Source: an uncultured Anaeromyxobacteraceae bacterium (GTDB lineage: Bacteria > Myxococcota_A > UBA9042 > DTJE01). Taken from it: 64,000 nucleotides of DNA. The translations under genes and the position numbers were made by a program. Shown in pieces: positions 47,340 to 57,152 of this stretch. The stretch is from positions 15,359-79,358 of the forward strand of contig CAYYCO010000004.1 in NCBI GenBank assembly GCA_964470365.1, in the 5' to 3' direction. Position 1 is the stretch's first letter. Every line of letters begins with the position of its first letter. The notes beneath the pieces were generated by a model. It worked only from the letters and a program-made list of their open reading frames with translations, was not told the origin of the DNA and made no database searches.

Positions 47340-48446
47340 TCAACGATCCTTTTTCAGGATCGGTGCATCCACGACCCTCGCCGTCGCGCGGCGGATTCCC
47401 ATCAGATCGATTTCGAACCGCGAACCCACCGTGTTGTAAGGCGGTTTCACATAAGCGATGCCGATCGGGATTTTCATGCTGGGCGACATGGTCCCGCTGG
47501 TCACCACCCCGATTTCTTCCGTACCGGCCATCACCTTGTAACCGTGGCGCGGAACGCCCTTGCCGTCCACCACGAAAGCCACCAGGTGGCGTTTCAGTCC
47601 CGCCTTTTCCTGGGCCAGCATCGCGTCGCGGCCGTTGAAGTCGCCCTTGTCGAACTTGACGGTCCACTGGAGCCCCGCCTCGAGCGGGCTGGTGGTGTCG
47701 TCGATGTCGTTGCCGTAAAGGCAGTACTTCATTTCCATGCGCAGCGAGTCGCGCGCGCCGAGCCCGATCGGTCCGACGCCGAGGTCGGCGCCCTTTTCCA
47801 TCAGTTCGCGCCAGAGATCGACGGCGACCGCGTGGGGGATGTACAGTTCGCCGCCCGCCTCGCCGGTGTAGCCGGTTGTTGAGAACAGGATTTCATGGCC
47901 CCTGTACTGCTTCATGGTGAACCAGAACGGCTTCATGGCCAGGACGTCTTCGCCGAAGATCCGCGCCAGGAGTTCGGGCGCCTTCGGTCCCTGGACGGCG
48001 ATCTGTGAGTACCGGTCGGAAAGATCGGTCACGTCACAGTCGCCGTGGGTCTGTTCGATGAACCAGGCGTAGTCCTTGTCCTTGTTCGACGCGTTGACGC
48101 AGACGAACCATTCGGTGTCCGACTTCTTATAGAAGATCATGTCGTCGACGATGCCGGCATCGGGCCTGCACACCGGCGTGTACACGGCGCGCCCCGGCTT
48201 GACGTTCGCGACGTTATTCGTCGTCAGCCTGGTGACGACTTCCGCGGCCCGGGGGCCCGAAAACACGATTTCGCCCATGTGGCTGACGTCGAACAGGCCG
48301 ACGGCGGTGCGGACGCGGTTGTGTTCGGCCGCGATGCCCTCGTACTGGACGGGCAGCTCGAAGCCGGCGAACGGGACCATTTTCCCGCCGGCCTTCACGT
48401 GTTCTTCAAAAAGCGCGGTGCGTTTGACATCGGAATGCGTGTTCAC
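47340..48446 (-). CDS. gcvT: Aminomethyltransferase (glycine cleavage T protein)
   Basis: MVPFAG, GLFDVSHMGEI, VNASN, AVQGP, TGYTGEAG, GLGARDSLR, SGTMSP. GTG start after GGGGAGG. Confidence 0.95.
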   Translation of the reverse strand: MNTHSDVKRTALFEEHVKAGGKMVPFAGFELPVQYEGIAAEHNRVRTAVGLFDVSHMGEIVFSGPRAAEVVTRLTTNNVANVKPGRAVYTPVCRPDAGIVDDMIFYKKSDTEWFVCVNASNKDKDYAWFIEQTHGDCDVTDLSDRYSQIAVQGPKAPELLARIFGEDVLAMKPFWFTMKQYRGHEILFSTTGYTGEAGGELYIPHAVAVDLWRELMEKGADLGVGPIGLGARDSLRMEMKYCLYGNDIDDTTSPLEAGLQWTVKFDKGDFNGRDAMLAQEKAGLKRHLVAFVVDGKGVPRHGYKVMAGTEEIGVVTSGTMSPSMKIPIGIAYVKPPYNTVGSRFEIDLMGIRRATARVVDAPILKKDR

Positions 48447-48487
48447 AAAAACCTCCCCGGCCATAACCGCGTTCGGAATATAGCAAC

Positions 48488-48583
48488 AGTCAATCCGGGT
48501 CAAGGAAAAAACTGCGGGCCCTTTTGAAAAGTGTTCAAGCGTGACGAGATTCCTGTTGAACACACAATCAGGCCGGATTGACT
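48488..48583. repeat. Nested perfect inverted repeats in the gcvT-folD divergent intergenic region
   Basis: AGTCAATCCGG (48488-48498)/CCGGATTGACT (48573-48583) encloses GTGTTCAA (48531-48538)/TTGAACAC (48556-48563). Confidence 0.85.
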
Positions 48584-48606
48584 TGGAGCAGCACGGCAAT
48601 TACGAT
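48578..48606 (+). promoter_or_regulatory. Sigma-70-like promoter of folD
   Basis: TTGACT-N17-TACGAT. Confidence 0.65.
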
Positions 48607-48644
48607 TCTGCGTCGAATTTCTTCATTACTTTCAGGGGGGCAAT

Positions 48645-49523
48645 GTGTCGGACTTTCATGGAAAGATAATTGATGGAAAGGCAATCGCCGCGAAGGTCAG
48701 GCAGGAGGTTGCCGATGCCGTGGCCATACTGGCGGCGAAGGGCGTGGTTCCCTGCCTGCATGTTATTCTTGTCGGCGAGGACCCGGCATCGCAGGTTTAT
48801 GTCCGAAACAAGGGAAGGGCCTGTGAGGAGGTCGGGATTAACGGTGTCACGCACAGGCTTCCCGCCGAAACGACCGAGGCCGAACTTCTGGCCCTGCTGG
48901 CTTCCCTTAACGCCGATCCGGAATGCGACGGCATACTGGTGCAGCTCCCCGTGCCGAAGCACATCAGTTCGGAAAAGGTGATCTCCGCGCTCGATCCCGC
49001 GCGCGACGTCGATGGATTCCACCCGTTCAGTCTCGGGATGCTGATGTCGGATCGACCTGGCGTGACTCCCTGCACACCGGCCGGCTGCATCCGCCTGATT
49101 GACGAAACCGGGACCGACCTGAAGGGACTCCATGCCGTCGTGATCGGCCGCAGCCTCATCGTCGGCAAGCCGATGGCCCATCTCCTTCTTCGTCGTCATG
49201 CGACCGTGACCATCTGTCATTCGCGCACGAGGGACCTTCCGGAAGTGGTCAGGTCGGCCGACGTCCTGGTTGCGGCCGTCGGCAGGGCAAAGATGGTGAA
49301 GTCCGACTGGATTCGTGATGGCGCCGTGGTTATCGATGTCGGCATGAACCGTGACGAAAACGGCAAGCTGTGCGGCGACGTCGATTTTGACGACGTTTCA
49401 CGCAAGGCGTCCTGGATTACCCCCGTGCCGGGCGGCGTCGGCCCGATGACCATCGCGTTCCTGATGCGCAACACCGTAACCGCCGCGTGCCTGCGTCGCG
49501 GCTTGGAATGTCCCCTGCACTGA
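48645..49523 (+). CDS. folD: Bifunctional methylene-THF dehydrogenase/cyclohydrolase
   Basis: [56 protein letters not shown]. Confidence 0.96.
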   Translation: MSDFHGKIIDGKAIAAKVRQEVADAVAILAAKGVVPCLHVILVGEDPASQVYVRNKGRACEEVGINGVTHRLPAETTEAELLALLASLNADPECDGILVQLPVPKHISSEKVISALDPARDVDGFHPFSLGMLMSDRPGVTPCTPAGCIRLIDETGTDLKGLHAVVIGRSLIVGKPMAHLLLRRHATVTICHSRTRDLPEVVRSADVLVAAVGRAKMVKSDWIRDGAVVIDVGMNRDENGKLCGDVDFDDVSRKASWITPVPGGVGPMTIAFLMRNTVTAACLRRGLECPLH

Positions 49524-49524
49524 A

Positions 49525-51663
49525 ATGGCAAGGTCACGCAAAAAACGTCGCGGCAGCCCGGTCTTCGCGCTGGTGGGGATCCTGGCCGGACTGTGCGTAA
49601 TCGTAGTCCTGGTGCTGGCCGCCGTCGTGAAAATCACGGAGGCATCGCTGCCGCCGATCCCCACCTGGGATCAGTACGCCGATTCGGCGCCCAAGGTGAC
49701 CAGGATACTGGCGTCCGACGGGTCCGTAATCCGGGAACTCTATACCGAGCGCCGCACACTGATCACCCCCGACCGCCTGCCGCCGCTGCTCGTCAACGCG
49801 GTTCTTGCCGCGGAGGACGCGGGCTTCCTGGAACATGACGGCCTGTCTTATGCCGGAATCGCAAGGGCCATGGTGGCAAACCTGTTCAGCGGGAAGATAT
49901 CGCAGGGCGGGTCGACGATTTCGCAGCAGGTCGTCAAACAGGTTCTGCTTTCGCCGGAAAGGACATGGCAGCGCAAGTTCAGGGAACTCCTGCTGACGCG
50001 CCTGCTGGAACTCAAGCTGGACAAGAAGGAAATCCTGGCTGTTTATCTTTCCCAGACCTATCTGGGCAGCGGACGGTACGGGTTCGAGGAGGCGTCCGCT
50101 TACTTCTTCGGCAAGGCGGCATCCGATCTCAATGTCGAGGAGGCCGCGATGCTGGCCGGGCTGGTGTCGGCTCCCGAGGGCAATTCGATGCTGAAGAACC
50201 CCGAGGGCGCGGTAGCCAGGCAGATGTACGTCCTCGGGCGCATGGCCGAACTGGACATGATAACGCCTGACCAGGCGCGCGTCGCCTCCGGTGCGAAACT
50301 GCATGTCGTGGCGCGCGACCCCCGCACGCTCGGCACGGCGCCGTATTTTTCCGATGCGGTGGTAAGGGAGCTTCGCGGCCTTGTCGGCGCCGAGCGGCTC
50401 GAAAAGGGCGGACTGACGGTCCGGACCACGCTCGATCCGGGGGTCTCGGCGGCCGCCGCCAGGTCCGTTTCCGAGGGACTGTCGTTCCTTTACCGCGGCG
50501 GCAGGAACCGGATTGCGGACCAGCTCGGCGGACCTGCGGGGATCGAGGACATCGGCCTTGAAGAAAAGCAGGACGTCGAAAAGGGGTACCCGACCGGTCA
50601 GGTTGCCGGATGCAGGAGGGGCGATTCGCAGGCGTTCGTGTCTGTGGATGGCAGAATGGCCGTTGTCTCCAACGCGTCGCTGGCACGGCTGGGCGGGACC
50701 GACAGGGAAAGGCTGAACCAGTTCTGCGACCACATGGACGCCGTTGCCGTCTCGAAGGGCGTCAGGCAGGTGGACACGGTCCACGGCAGACTGGACGAGA
50801 TGAATGCCGAACTTGGACCTCAGGCGTCTTTCGTGGTTCTGGATGTCAAGTCACGCGCGGTCCTGGCGATGGTCGGCGGCGAGGATTTCGATTCAAGGCC
50901 GTACAACCGGGCCATCCAGGCCAGCATGCCGATCGGTTCCACAATCAAGCCCTTCATTTATGGAGCGGCGCTGATGGCCGGCATCCCCGAGGACAAGGGC
51001 TGGGTGAACGAACCGGTGGCATTCCGCGGGTTTGCCGGCAGGATGTGGAAGCCCAGGAATTACGGCGGTTCCTACGACGGCCGGACTTACGACATGACCG
51101 GCGCCGTTCGTGATTCAATCAACGTCATCGCGGTCAAGGTCCTGCAGGAAACGGGCGTCGGCAAGGTCGCCGCGCTTCTCGAGGCTGCCGGATTCAAGGG
51201 ACACATTCCGCGGGATCTTTCGATGGCGCTCGGCAGCGTCGAGGCCAGTCCTCTCGAACTGGCGAACGCGTACGCCATTTTCGGGTCGGACGGCAGGATG
51301 GACACGCCCTGGATGATCTCCGACGTTTCCGACTGGCGCGGCCGGTCGCTGGCCGGTCACGAAAACCGCCCGGGGCGCGTGATGCCTGCCGACGTGGCGA
51401 AATCGATCCGGCGCATGTTGAGACAGGTGGTTGTCGACGGGACCGCAAGGGATCTGAACATCCCGGAAAAGGATGTCTGGGGCAAGACGGGAACCACGAA
51501 CATGTCGAGGGAGGCATGGTTCGCGGGCGGTTTTGACGGCCTTGTCGGCGCCGTGCTGGTTGCGTACGACGATCGGCTGCCGATGCGTGGCGCCACCGGC
51601 GGCAACACCGCGGTGCCGCTCTTCAGGTTGTTTGTCGAAAGGTATGTCCAGACGGAAAAATAA
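49525..51663 (+). CDS. Class A penicillin-binding protein (transglycosylase-transpeptidase)
   Basis: N-terminal TM, AAED..F..H.G, GGSTISQQVVK, RKFRE, YLG..YG. Transpeptidase GSTIKP, SIN, GKTGT. Confidence 0.92.
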   Translation: MARSRKKRRGSPVFALVGILAGLCVIVVLVLAAVVKITEASLPPIPTWDQYADSAPKVTRILASDGSVIRELYTERRTLITPDRLPPLLVNAVLAAEDAGFLEHDGLSYAGIARAMVANLFSGKISQGGSTISQQVVKQVLLSPERTWQRKFRELLLTRLLELKLDKKEILAVYLSQTYLGSGRYGFEEASAYFFGKAASDLNVEEAAMLAGLVSAPEGNSMLKNPEGAVARQMYVLGRMAELDMITPDQARVASGAKLHVVARDPRTLGTAPYFSDAVVRELRGLVGAERLEKGGLTVRTTLDPGVSAAAARSVSEGLSFLYRGGRNRIADQLGGPAGIEDIGLEEKQDVEKGYPTGQVAGCRRGDSQAFVSVDGRMAVVSNASLARLGGTDRERLNQFCDHMDAVAVSKGVRQVDTVHGRLDEMNAELGPQASFVVLDVKSRAVLAMVGGEDFDSRPYNRAIQASMPIGSTIKPFIYGAALMAGIPEDKGWVNEPVAFRGFAGRMWKPRNYGGSYDGRTYDMTGAVRDSINVIAVKVLQETGVGKVAALLEAAGFKGHIPRDLSMALGSVEASPLELANAYAIFGSDGRMDTPWMISDVSDWRGRSLAGHENRPGRVMPADVAKSIRRMLRQVVVDGTARDLNIPEKDVWGKTGTTNMSREAWFAGGFDGLVGAVLVAYDDRLPMRGATGGNTAVPLFRLFVERYVQTEK

Positions 51664-51689
51664 TAAGCCGCCGATGCAGGCGGACGGCA

Positions 51690-51842
51690 TCAGAACAGCG
51701 CGTAGATGAAAGGGCTTACGCTGCTGGACGATGCGACGATGACCAGTGTCCCGACGAGGATGATGGCCAGTATCAGCGGAACGAGCCAGTATTTTTTTCG
51801 CCTGATGACGTAGCCCGCGAATTCCTTGAGCAATCCTGACAT
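51690..51842 (-). CDS. DUF5989/SxtK-like 50-aa membrane peptide
   Basis: MSGLLKEFAGYVIRRKKYWLVPLILAIILVGTLVIVASSSSVSPFIYALF. Confidence 0.8.
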   Translation of the reverse strand: MSGLLKEFAGYVIRRKKYWLVPLILAIILVGTLVIVASSSSVSPFIYALF

Positions 51843-51858
51843 ATTACCCCCCGGGGAT

Positions 51859-54045
51859 TCAGTACATGTTTTCCGGGCCGCCGCCGGTGTACGCCGGTTC
51901 AGGCGCAGTCCAGGACGGACCTCCCGACGTCGGCCTGGTTCGTGAAAATGCAAGCAGCCGCGTGGGCAACACCACGAGTACATGAACCAGGCCAAAAAGA
52001 ACCATGCCAACCGCACCGTTGAACCTGGTTCCGGCGCGGTGCATCGCGAATTCAGGACGCTTGAAAAGCAATGGCGCAACCAGCGCCACGACAGTCAACG
52101 CGGCTGAAATGGAGCACATGATCGCGGCGCCCCACTGCAATGGTTGTCCTGCAAGAAACCATAACGCCGCCCCGGCCAGGGCCGAAACGAGAGCATTTTC
52201 CAGGCCGAATTTCCTGAGTTCGGAAACGCGCCGCGGCCGACGGAAGACGCGGGGTTTCGGGAGAGACTTTCGGTGCCACCCAGCCGGCTTGACCGCCAGG
52301 AAAGCCCCGGCCGCAAGCGCGTCGATGTCGCAGGCAAGGAACGTATCAACCGCGTCGGCAGGCGTGCATACGATAGGCTGTCCGCGCAGGTTGAAGCTTG
52401 TGTTCAGGATCACCGGGCATCCCGTCAGGCGGTCAAATTCCCTGATGATGGCATCAAAGTCGGGCGCCAGGTCGGCCGATACGGTCTGGACCCGCGCCGA
52501 GCCGTCCACATGGGTGACCGCCGGGATCTGCGACCTGACGACCTTCAGGCGATCCAGGCCTTCCGGTTCGGGAGTCTCCGGCACAAGCATCCGTGACGGA
52601 GCAACCTGCGCAACCAGCAGCATGTATGGACTGGGCTGCGTAAGACTGAACCATTCGCTGCAACGTTCCCGCAGGACCGCAGGGGCGAAAGGCCTGAAGC
52701 CTTCGCGAAACTTGATTTTTTCGTTTACCAGCCGCTGCATCGCGGGATTTCGCGGATCTGCCAGGATGCTGCGCGATCCAAGCGCCCTGGGACCGAATTC
52801 CATGCGTCCGGCAAACCTTGCCACGACCTTGCCATCGGCGACCCTGCGTGCAACTTCCGCGTGGATGGCGTCCCCGAACCTGACCGTCTCCAGGCCTGCG
52901 CCGGTCAGCGCGGCAAGGATTTCGTCTTCGGAATATTCCGGCCCGAGAAGCGCGCCTTCCATCGAATCGCCAGGTCCCGCAATACGATGCGCGCCCGAGT
53001 TGCGATACCAGCAGGCGAGCGCGGCGCCGAGCGCACCGCCCGCGTCCCCGGCAGCCGGCTGGATCCAGATTTCGTCGAAGGTCGATGCCGCCTGGATGCG
53101 GCCGTTGGCGACACAGTTCAAAGCGACTCCGCCGGCCATGCAGAGCCTCTTCATGCCTGTCAGTTGCCTGGCAAAGACGGCCTGCCTGGTCATTATCAGA
53201 TCGGTGATGTCCTGAATTGACCTGGCGATGTCCATGTGGACGGCAAGAATCCCGGATTCCGGAAGTCGGGGAGGGCAGCCGAACAGATCCACGAAGCGCT
53301 CCCCTGCCGTATGGCGTCCGCGGCGGTAAGCCAGGTATTCCTGGTTCAGCCTGTATGACCCGTCTGCGGCGACGTCGACGAGGCGATCCAGCAGCACGTT
53401 GACGAAACGGGGGCTTCCGTACGGAGCCAGTCCCATAACCTTGTATTCATCGGAATTTACCTTGAATCCGAGAAATTCCGTCACGGCCGAATATAGAAGA
53501 CCGAGGGAATCCGGGAATTTGATTTCCCGGAGGATTTCGATGTTGTTGCCGACACCGATCCCGATGGCATTCGTGGTCCATTCACCGACGCCGTCAACGG
53601 TGATTATGGCGGCTTCCTGGAAAGGAGAGGGCAGGAATGCGGATGCCGCATGGGACGCGTGGTGACCCTCGAATTCGATCGGTCCGCGATATCCGATCTC
53701 GCGATTCAGGATCCGGGGAAGACGAAGCTTTTCCGAAAACCATGAAGGCATGCCGGTGGCGAAGGCCGCGATGCCTGCGGGCGCGACCTCCACCGTGTTC
53801 TGCAGTATACGTTCCAGCTTCAGCAGGGGCTTTTCGTAGAAGACGACACGGTCCACGTCGTGCGGACGAAGACCTGCACGTTCAAGGCAGAAGTTTATCG
53901 CCTGGCAGGGAAACGAGTTGTCATGCCTTATCCTGGAAAAGCGCTCTTCCTGGGCGGCGGCGACGATTCGGCCGTCGACGACCAGACAGGCCGCGCTGTC
54001 ATGATAGAAAGCCGATATGCCCAGAACCCTCATCCGTTTACCCAA
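51859..54045 (-). CDS. NodU/CmcH-family carbamoyltransferase fused to an SxtJ-like membrane domain
   Basis: SAFYHDSAA, AAQEERF, HHASHAASAF, DGVGEW, GGVALNC, PAAGDAG, EFGPRALG.RS, FRPFAP, NTSFN. Then ELRKFG and hydrophobic helices in the same frame. Confidence 0.85.
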   Translation of the reverse strand: MGKRMRVLGISAFYHDSAACLVVDGRIVAAAQEERFSRIRHDNSFPCQAINFCLERAGLRPHDVDRVVFYEKPLLKLERILQNTVEVAPAGIAAFATGMPSWFSEKLRLPRILNREIGYRGPIEFEGHHASHAASAFLPSPFQEAAIITVDGVGEWTTNAIGIGVGNNIEILREIKFPDSLGLLYSAVTEFLGFKVNSDEYKVMGLAPYGSPRFVNVLLDRLVDVAADGSYRLNQEYLAYRRGRHTAGERFVDLFGCPPRLPESGILAVHMDIARSIQDITDLIMTRQAVFARQLTGMKRLCMAGGVALNCVANGRIQAASTFDEIWIQPAAGDAGGALGAALACWYRNSGAHRIAGPGDSMEGALLGPEYSEDEILAALTGAGLETVRFGDAIHAEVARRVADGKVVARFAGRMEFGPRALGSRSILADPRNPAMQRLVNEKIKFREGFRPFAPAVLRERCSEWFSLTQPSPYMLLVAQVAPSRMLVPETPEPEGLDRLKVVRSQIPAVTHVDGSARVQTVSADLAPDFDAIIREFDRLTGCPVILNTSFNLRGQPIVCTPADAVDTFLACDIDALAAGAFLAVKPAGWHRKSLPKPRVFRRPRRVSELRKFGLENALVSALAGAALWFLAGQPLQWGAAIMCSISAALTVVALVAPLLFKRPEFAMHRAGTRFNGAVGMVLFGLVHVLVVLPTRLLAFSRTRPTSGGPSWTAPEPAYTGGGPENMY

Positions 54046-54069
54046 TCCGCGGGAAATTGCCAGCCGATT

Positions 54070-54903
54070 CTACTTTTTATCGGCATCACCGACACGGCTT
54101 TTGATGACCCATCCCGCGGCAGCAAGTCCGAAGATGCCGGGAAGCGGCGCCATGCTGGGAAGAGGCGCACGGTCCCGTCCGCGGTGTACCCCCTTGTCTT
54201 CCGGGGAATCGTCATTTTCGTCGCTGTCGTCCTGCCGGCCGGCATGGCAGGGCGGTTCGGAAGACCAGACGGCCATCACACCGTCGAATATGCCCCTGCG
54301 GTGCAGGCGTTTGCGCACATGTTTTGCCAGCGGGCAGTTGTACGACTTGCCGATGTCGGTGACGTGCACGGCCCCCGGGTCCATGCGGTCGGCGGCACCC
54401 ATCGAGCTGATCACCGGTATTCCGCGTGAAACGCATTCCGCAATCAGCGTCACCTTTGAATGAAGGCTGTCGATTGCGTCGATCACATAGTCAAGCGGCT
54501 CGTCGGCAGGCTCGTCCAGGATGGTTGCAGCCGTGTCCTGGCAGAAAAACAGTTTCCTGGTGTCGACCCGGCATCCGGGAAATATGTCCAGGACCCTGGC
54601 CCGGGCGACATCCGCCTTGGCCATACCCACCGTGGAGGACAGGGCGAACAACTGCCGGTTGATGTTTGAAGGCTGGATGATGTCGAAGTCGACCAGCCTG
54701 AGGTAGCCGATTCCGGATCGCGCCAGCGCTTCAGTCGCGAACGAGCCGACCGCGCCAAGCCCGATTACGGCGACCCTCGCGCCGGCAAGCCTGTCAAGTC
54801 CTTCCTCGCCGACGGCGAGGCGAAGGCGGCGGAAGGCGCCGGGGAATTCGCCGCGCGCGCCGTCTTCCTTTTCAGAAACCGAAGATTCTTCGGGCGTTGT
54901 CAT
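54070..54903 (-). CDS. tcdA: tRNA threonylcarbamoyladenosine dehydratase (ThiF-like)
   Basis: GLGAVGS..EALARSG, SNINRQ, DAIDS, SSMGA, CPLAK.VRK.L, VWSSE. Confidence 0.85.
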   Translation of the reverse strand: MTTPEESSVSEKEDGARGEFPGAFRRLRLAVGEEGLDRLAGARVAVIGLGAVGSFATEALARSGIGYLRLVDFDIIQPSNINRQLFALSSTVGMAKADVARARVLDIFPGCRVDTRKLFFCQDTAATILDEPADEPLDYVIDAIDSLHSKVTLIAECVSRGIPVISSMGAADRMDPGAVHVTDIGKSYNCPLAKHVRKRLHRRGIFDGVMAVWSSEPPCHAGRQDDSDENDDSPEDKGVHRGRDRAPLPSMAPLPGIFGLAAAGWVIKSRVGDADKK

Positions 54904-55663
54904 CTGTAATCCTGATTAGAGCCGAAAGCCCCGTTCCCGTAAGTGCGGCCAGCGCGGCAGCCGTTCCCGCCAGGTCCCCGGGGACGGTTTCCCCCCTGCG
55001 ATGCCAGGCGTTCGCGATGAACGGCGCGTCGGTTTCCAGAACCATGTCAGCCACCGGCGTGGCCCGTATCGTTGCGGCCAGCCTGACGGCGGCCGGCCTG
55101 GTCACGGTCCCGGCGACGCCACGCAGGTAGCCCAGGCGGCGCAGCACGGCCATCGTTTCGACCGACCCTGAAAATGCGTGCATCACGCCACCGGCGCGCG
55201 ATGTCCCGAATGATTCCAGCGTGGCGACCAGTTCCGCCGTCTGTCCCCGGGAATGAATGATCACCGGCAGCCCGAAATCGCGCGCAAGGCCAAGTTGCAG
55301 CCTGAAACACAGGGCGCGCGATTCCAGGTTGACCGGGTTGAAGCCCGGACCGTGATCGTCGTCCAGCCCGATTTCACCGACGGCCACAATGGAATGCCGG
55401 TTGGCCGCGATGAACGCGGCAAGTTCGTCAACCGCCCGCATGCACCCTGATTCATCCTGGAAGTCGGCCCACATGGGGTGGATTCCCGCGGCAACGTGGA
55501 TGGGGGGACGGCCTGCCGACAGGGCGAGCGCGTCGACCGAACCGGCAAGGTCGACTGACGGCACGACAATGTCACTGATGCCGGCCGCCCGGATCCCTGC
55601 AAGGACTTCGTCAATCCTGTCGCGGAAGACCGGTTCCGTCAGGTGGCAGTGCGTGTCGATCAT
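54872..55663 (-). CDS. TatD-family hydrolase
   Basis: MIDTHCHL, GIHP, VGEIGLD, IIHSR, MHAFSG, LETDAP. Confidence 0.92.
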   Translation of the reverse strand: MIDTHCHLTEPVFRDRIDEVLAGIRAAGISDIVVPSVDLAGSVDALALSAGRPPIHVAAGIHPMWADFQDESGCMRAVDELAAFIAANRHSIVAVGEIGLDDDHGPGFNPVNLESRALCFRLQLGLARDFGLPVIIHSRGQTAELVATLESFGTSRAGGVMHAFSGSVETMAVLRRLGYLRGVAGTVTRPAAVRLAATIRATPVADMVLETDAPFIANAWHRRGETVPGDLAGTAAALAALTGTGLSALIRITDDNARRIFGF

Positions 55664-55737
55664 GGGGAATCCAGCGTTGCCATGAAGCGCATGATATCAG
55701 GATGAAACCGGAATGGCGTCCCGAAAGAGGATGGCGT

Positions 55738-56961
55738 TCACCAGCCGGCCAGGCGGCAGTTTTCCGGAAGTTCGCCAAGCAGCGGCCGCGCGTATTTCAG
55801 GAACGCCTCCGTGACGTTGTTGCCGTCCGCGTTAATGAATTCATCGGGAAGGCTCTTTGTTTCCTTCGCGACGTTGCGCAGTTCGGTGCGTTCATAATGA
55901 ACGGCGTACCGGTCGCCTGGTTCCCTGATGATCGCGACGGAACCGTCGTTCCAGCCACCGACGGTGGCGAATTCGACGGCCTTACGCCCGCATTCACGCG
56001 CCTCGGCCGCATCGATCGGGCTGATAACACCCGGGAAGGAACGCTGGAGGTAACCGAATGTGTCCGCGCGGACACGCAGTTTCGCACCCACGTTCGTCTT
56101 TACCAGGTTCATCAGCCAGTCGCCGAGTGCGCCCGAACCGGAAAGCTGGACGTTGCCATGCGTGTCCTGTTCGATAGGGCCGGCTTCAGCAAGGATGACT
56201 TCGGTGAAGGTGCGGTGCTGCGGGTCGGCCGCATCAACGATACCCTCGGAAACGGCCATAACGCAGCGGCCGAGCCTGCCGTAAACCTCGGCGACGTCGG
56301 CGCAGATCTTTTCGCGCGTGACCGGCCTTTCCGGCAGGTAGATCAGGTGAGGACCGTCGTCGGGGTACACACGGCCCAGGGCGGCCGCGGCGGTCAGGAA
56401 CCCGGCGTTCCGACCCATGACAACGTCGATTTTGACCCCGGGAAGCGCCCTGTTGTCCAGATTGTCGCCCATCAGCGCGCAGGCGACGAAGCGGGCCGCA
56501 CTGCCGTATCCGGGGGTGTGGTCGTTGACGCGCAGGTCGTTGTCGACCGTCTTGGGCACATGGAAGCAGTGAAGTTCGTAACCGGAGGCCCTGGCTTCCT
56601 CGTTCACGATGTGGGTGGTTTCTGCCGAATCGTTCCCGCCGATGTAGAAGAAGTAACGGATGTCGCGTTTTTTCATCACCTCGAACATCTGACGGCACTC
56701 GTCCGAGGTTGGCTTCTTCCTGACCGAACCGAGCGCCGATGACGGCGTGACCGCAACCCTTTCCAGGACGTCGACGGGTTCGGCGCCAAGGTCGATGAAT
56801 TCTTCGCCGAGGATACCCTTGACGCCATGACGCGCCCCGAAAATGGTCCCGATTTCGGGGACTTTTTTCAGGGCCTCGACGACCCCGACCAGGCTCTGGT
56901 TGATGACGGCGGTAGGTCCGCCGGACTGTCCGATAATAGCGTTTCCCTTGATCAATGCCAT
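55738..56961 (-). CDS. Phosphofructokinase family protein, probably PPi-dependent
   Basis: QSGGPTAVIN, IGGNDS, PKTVDND, VMGR, GYLQR. Asp in GGxD and Lys in PKTxDND are the PPi-type signature. Confidence 0.85.
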   Translation of the reverse strand: MALIKGNAIIGQSGGPTAVINQSLVGVVEALKKVPEIGTIFGARHGVKGILGEEFIDLGAEPVDVLERVAVTPSSALGSVRKKPTSDECRQMFEVMKKRDIRYFFYIGGNDSAETTHIVNEEARASGYELHCFHVPKTVDNDLRVNDHTPGYGSAARFVACALMGDNLDNRALPGVKIDVVMGRNAGFLTAAAALGRVYPDDGPHLIYLPERPVTREKICADVAEVYGRLGRCVMAVSEGIVDAADPQHRTFTEVILAEAGPIEQDTHGNVQLSGSGALGDWLMNLVKTNVGAKLRVRADTFGYLQRSFPGVISPIDAAEARECGRKAVEFATVGGWNDGSVAIIREPGDRYAVHYERTELRNVAKETKSLPDEFINADGNNVTEAFLKYARPLLGELPENCRLAGW

Positions 56962-57152
56962 CTGATTGACTCCAGCGGTTTAATTGATGAATCCGGGCAC
57001 CGCGCGAATTTTTCTGCCAGTCCTGCGTCAAGTCAAGATATCGTTTGCATCCGCCTGACGGTTTCGTATCGGGCAGTATTCGGGGCTCCCCGATGATTGT
57101 TGGTTTTTTTTTGATAAACGCATAAAATCTGCCGGTTTTCGAGGGGGAATTT

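Noticed and set aside
48447-48644. Expected glycine riboswitch upstream of gcvT
   Set aside because: No GGAGA, CCGAAG or CTCTCAGG aptamer motifs on the minus strand.
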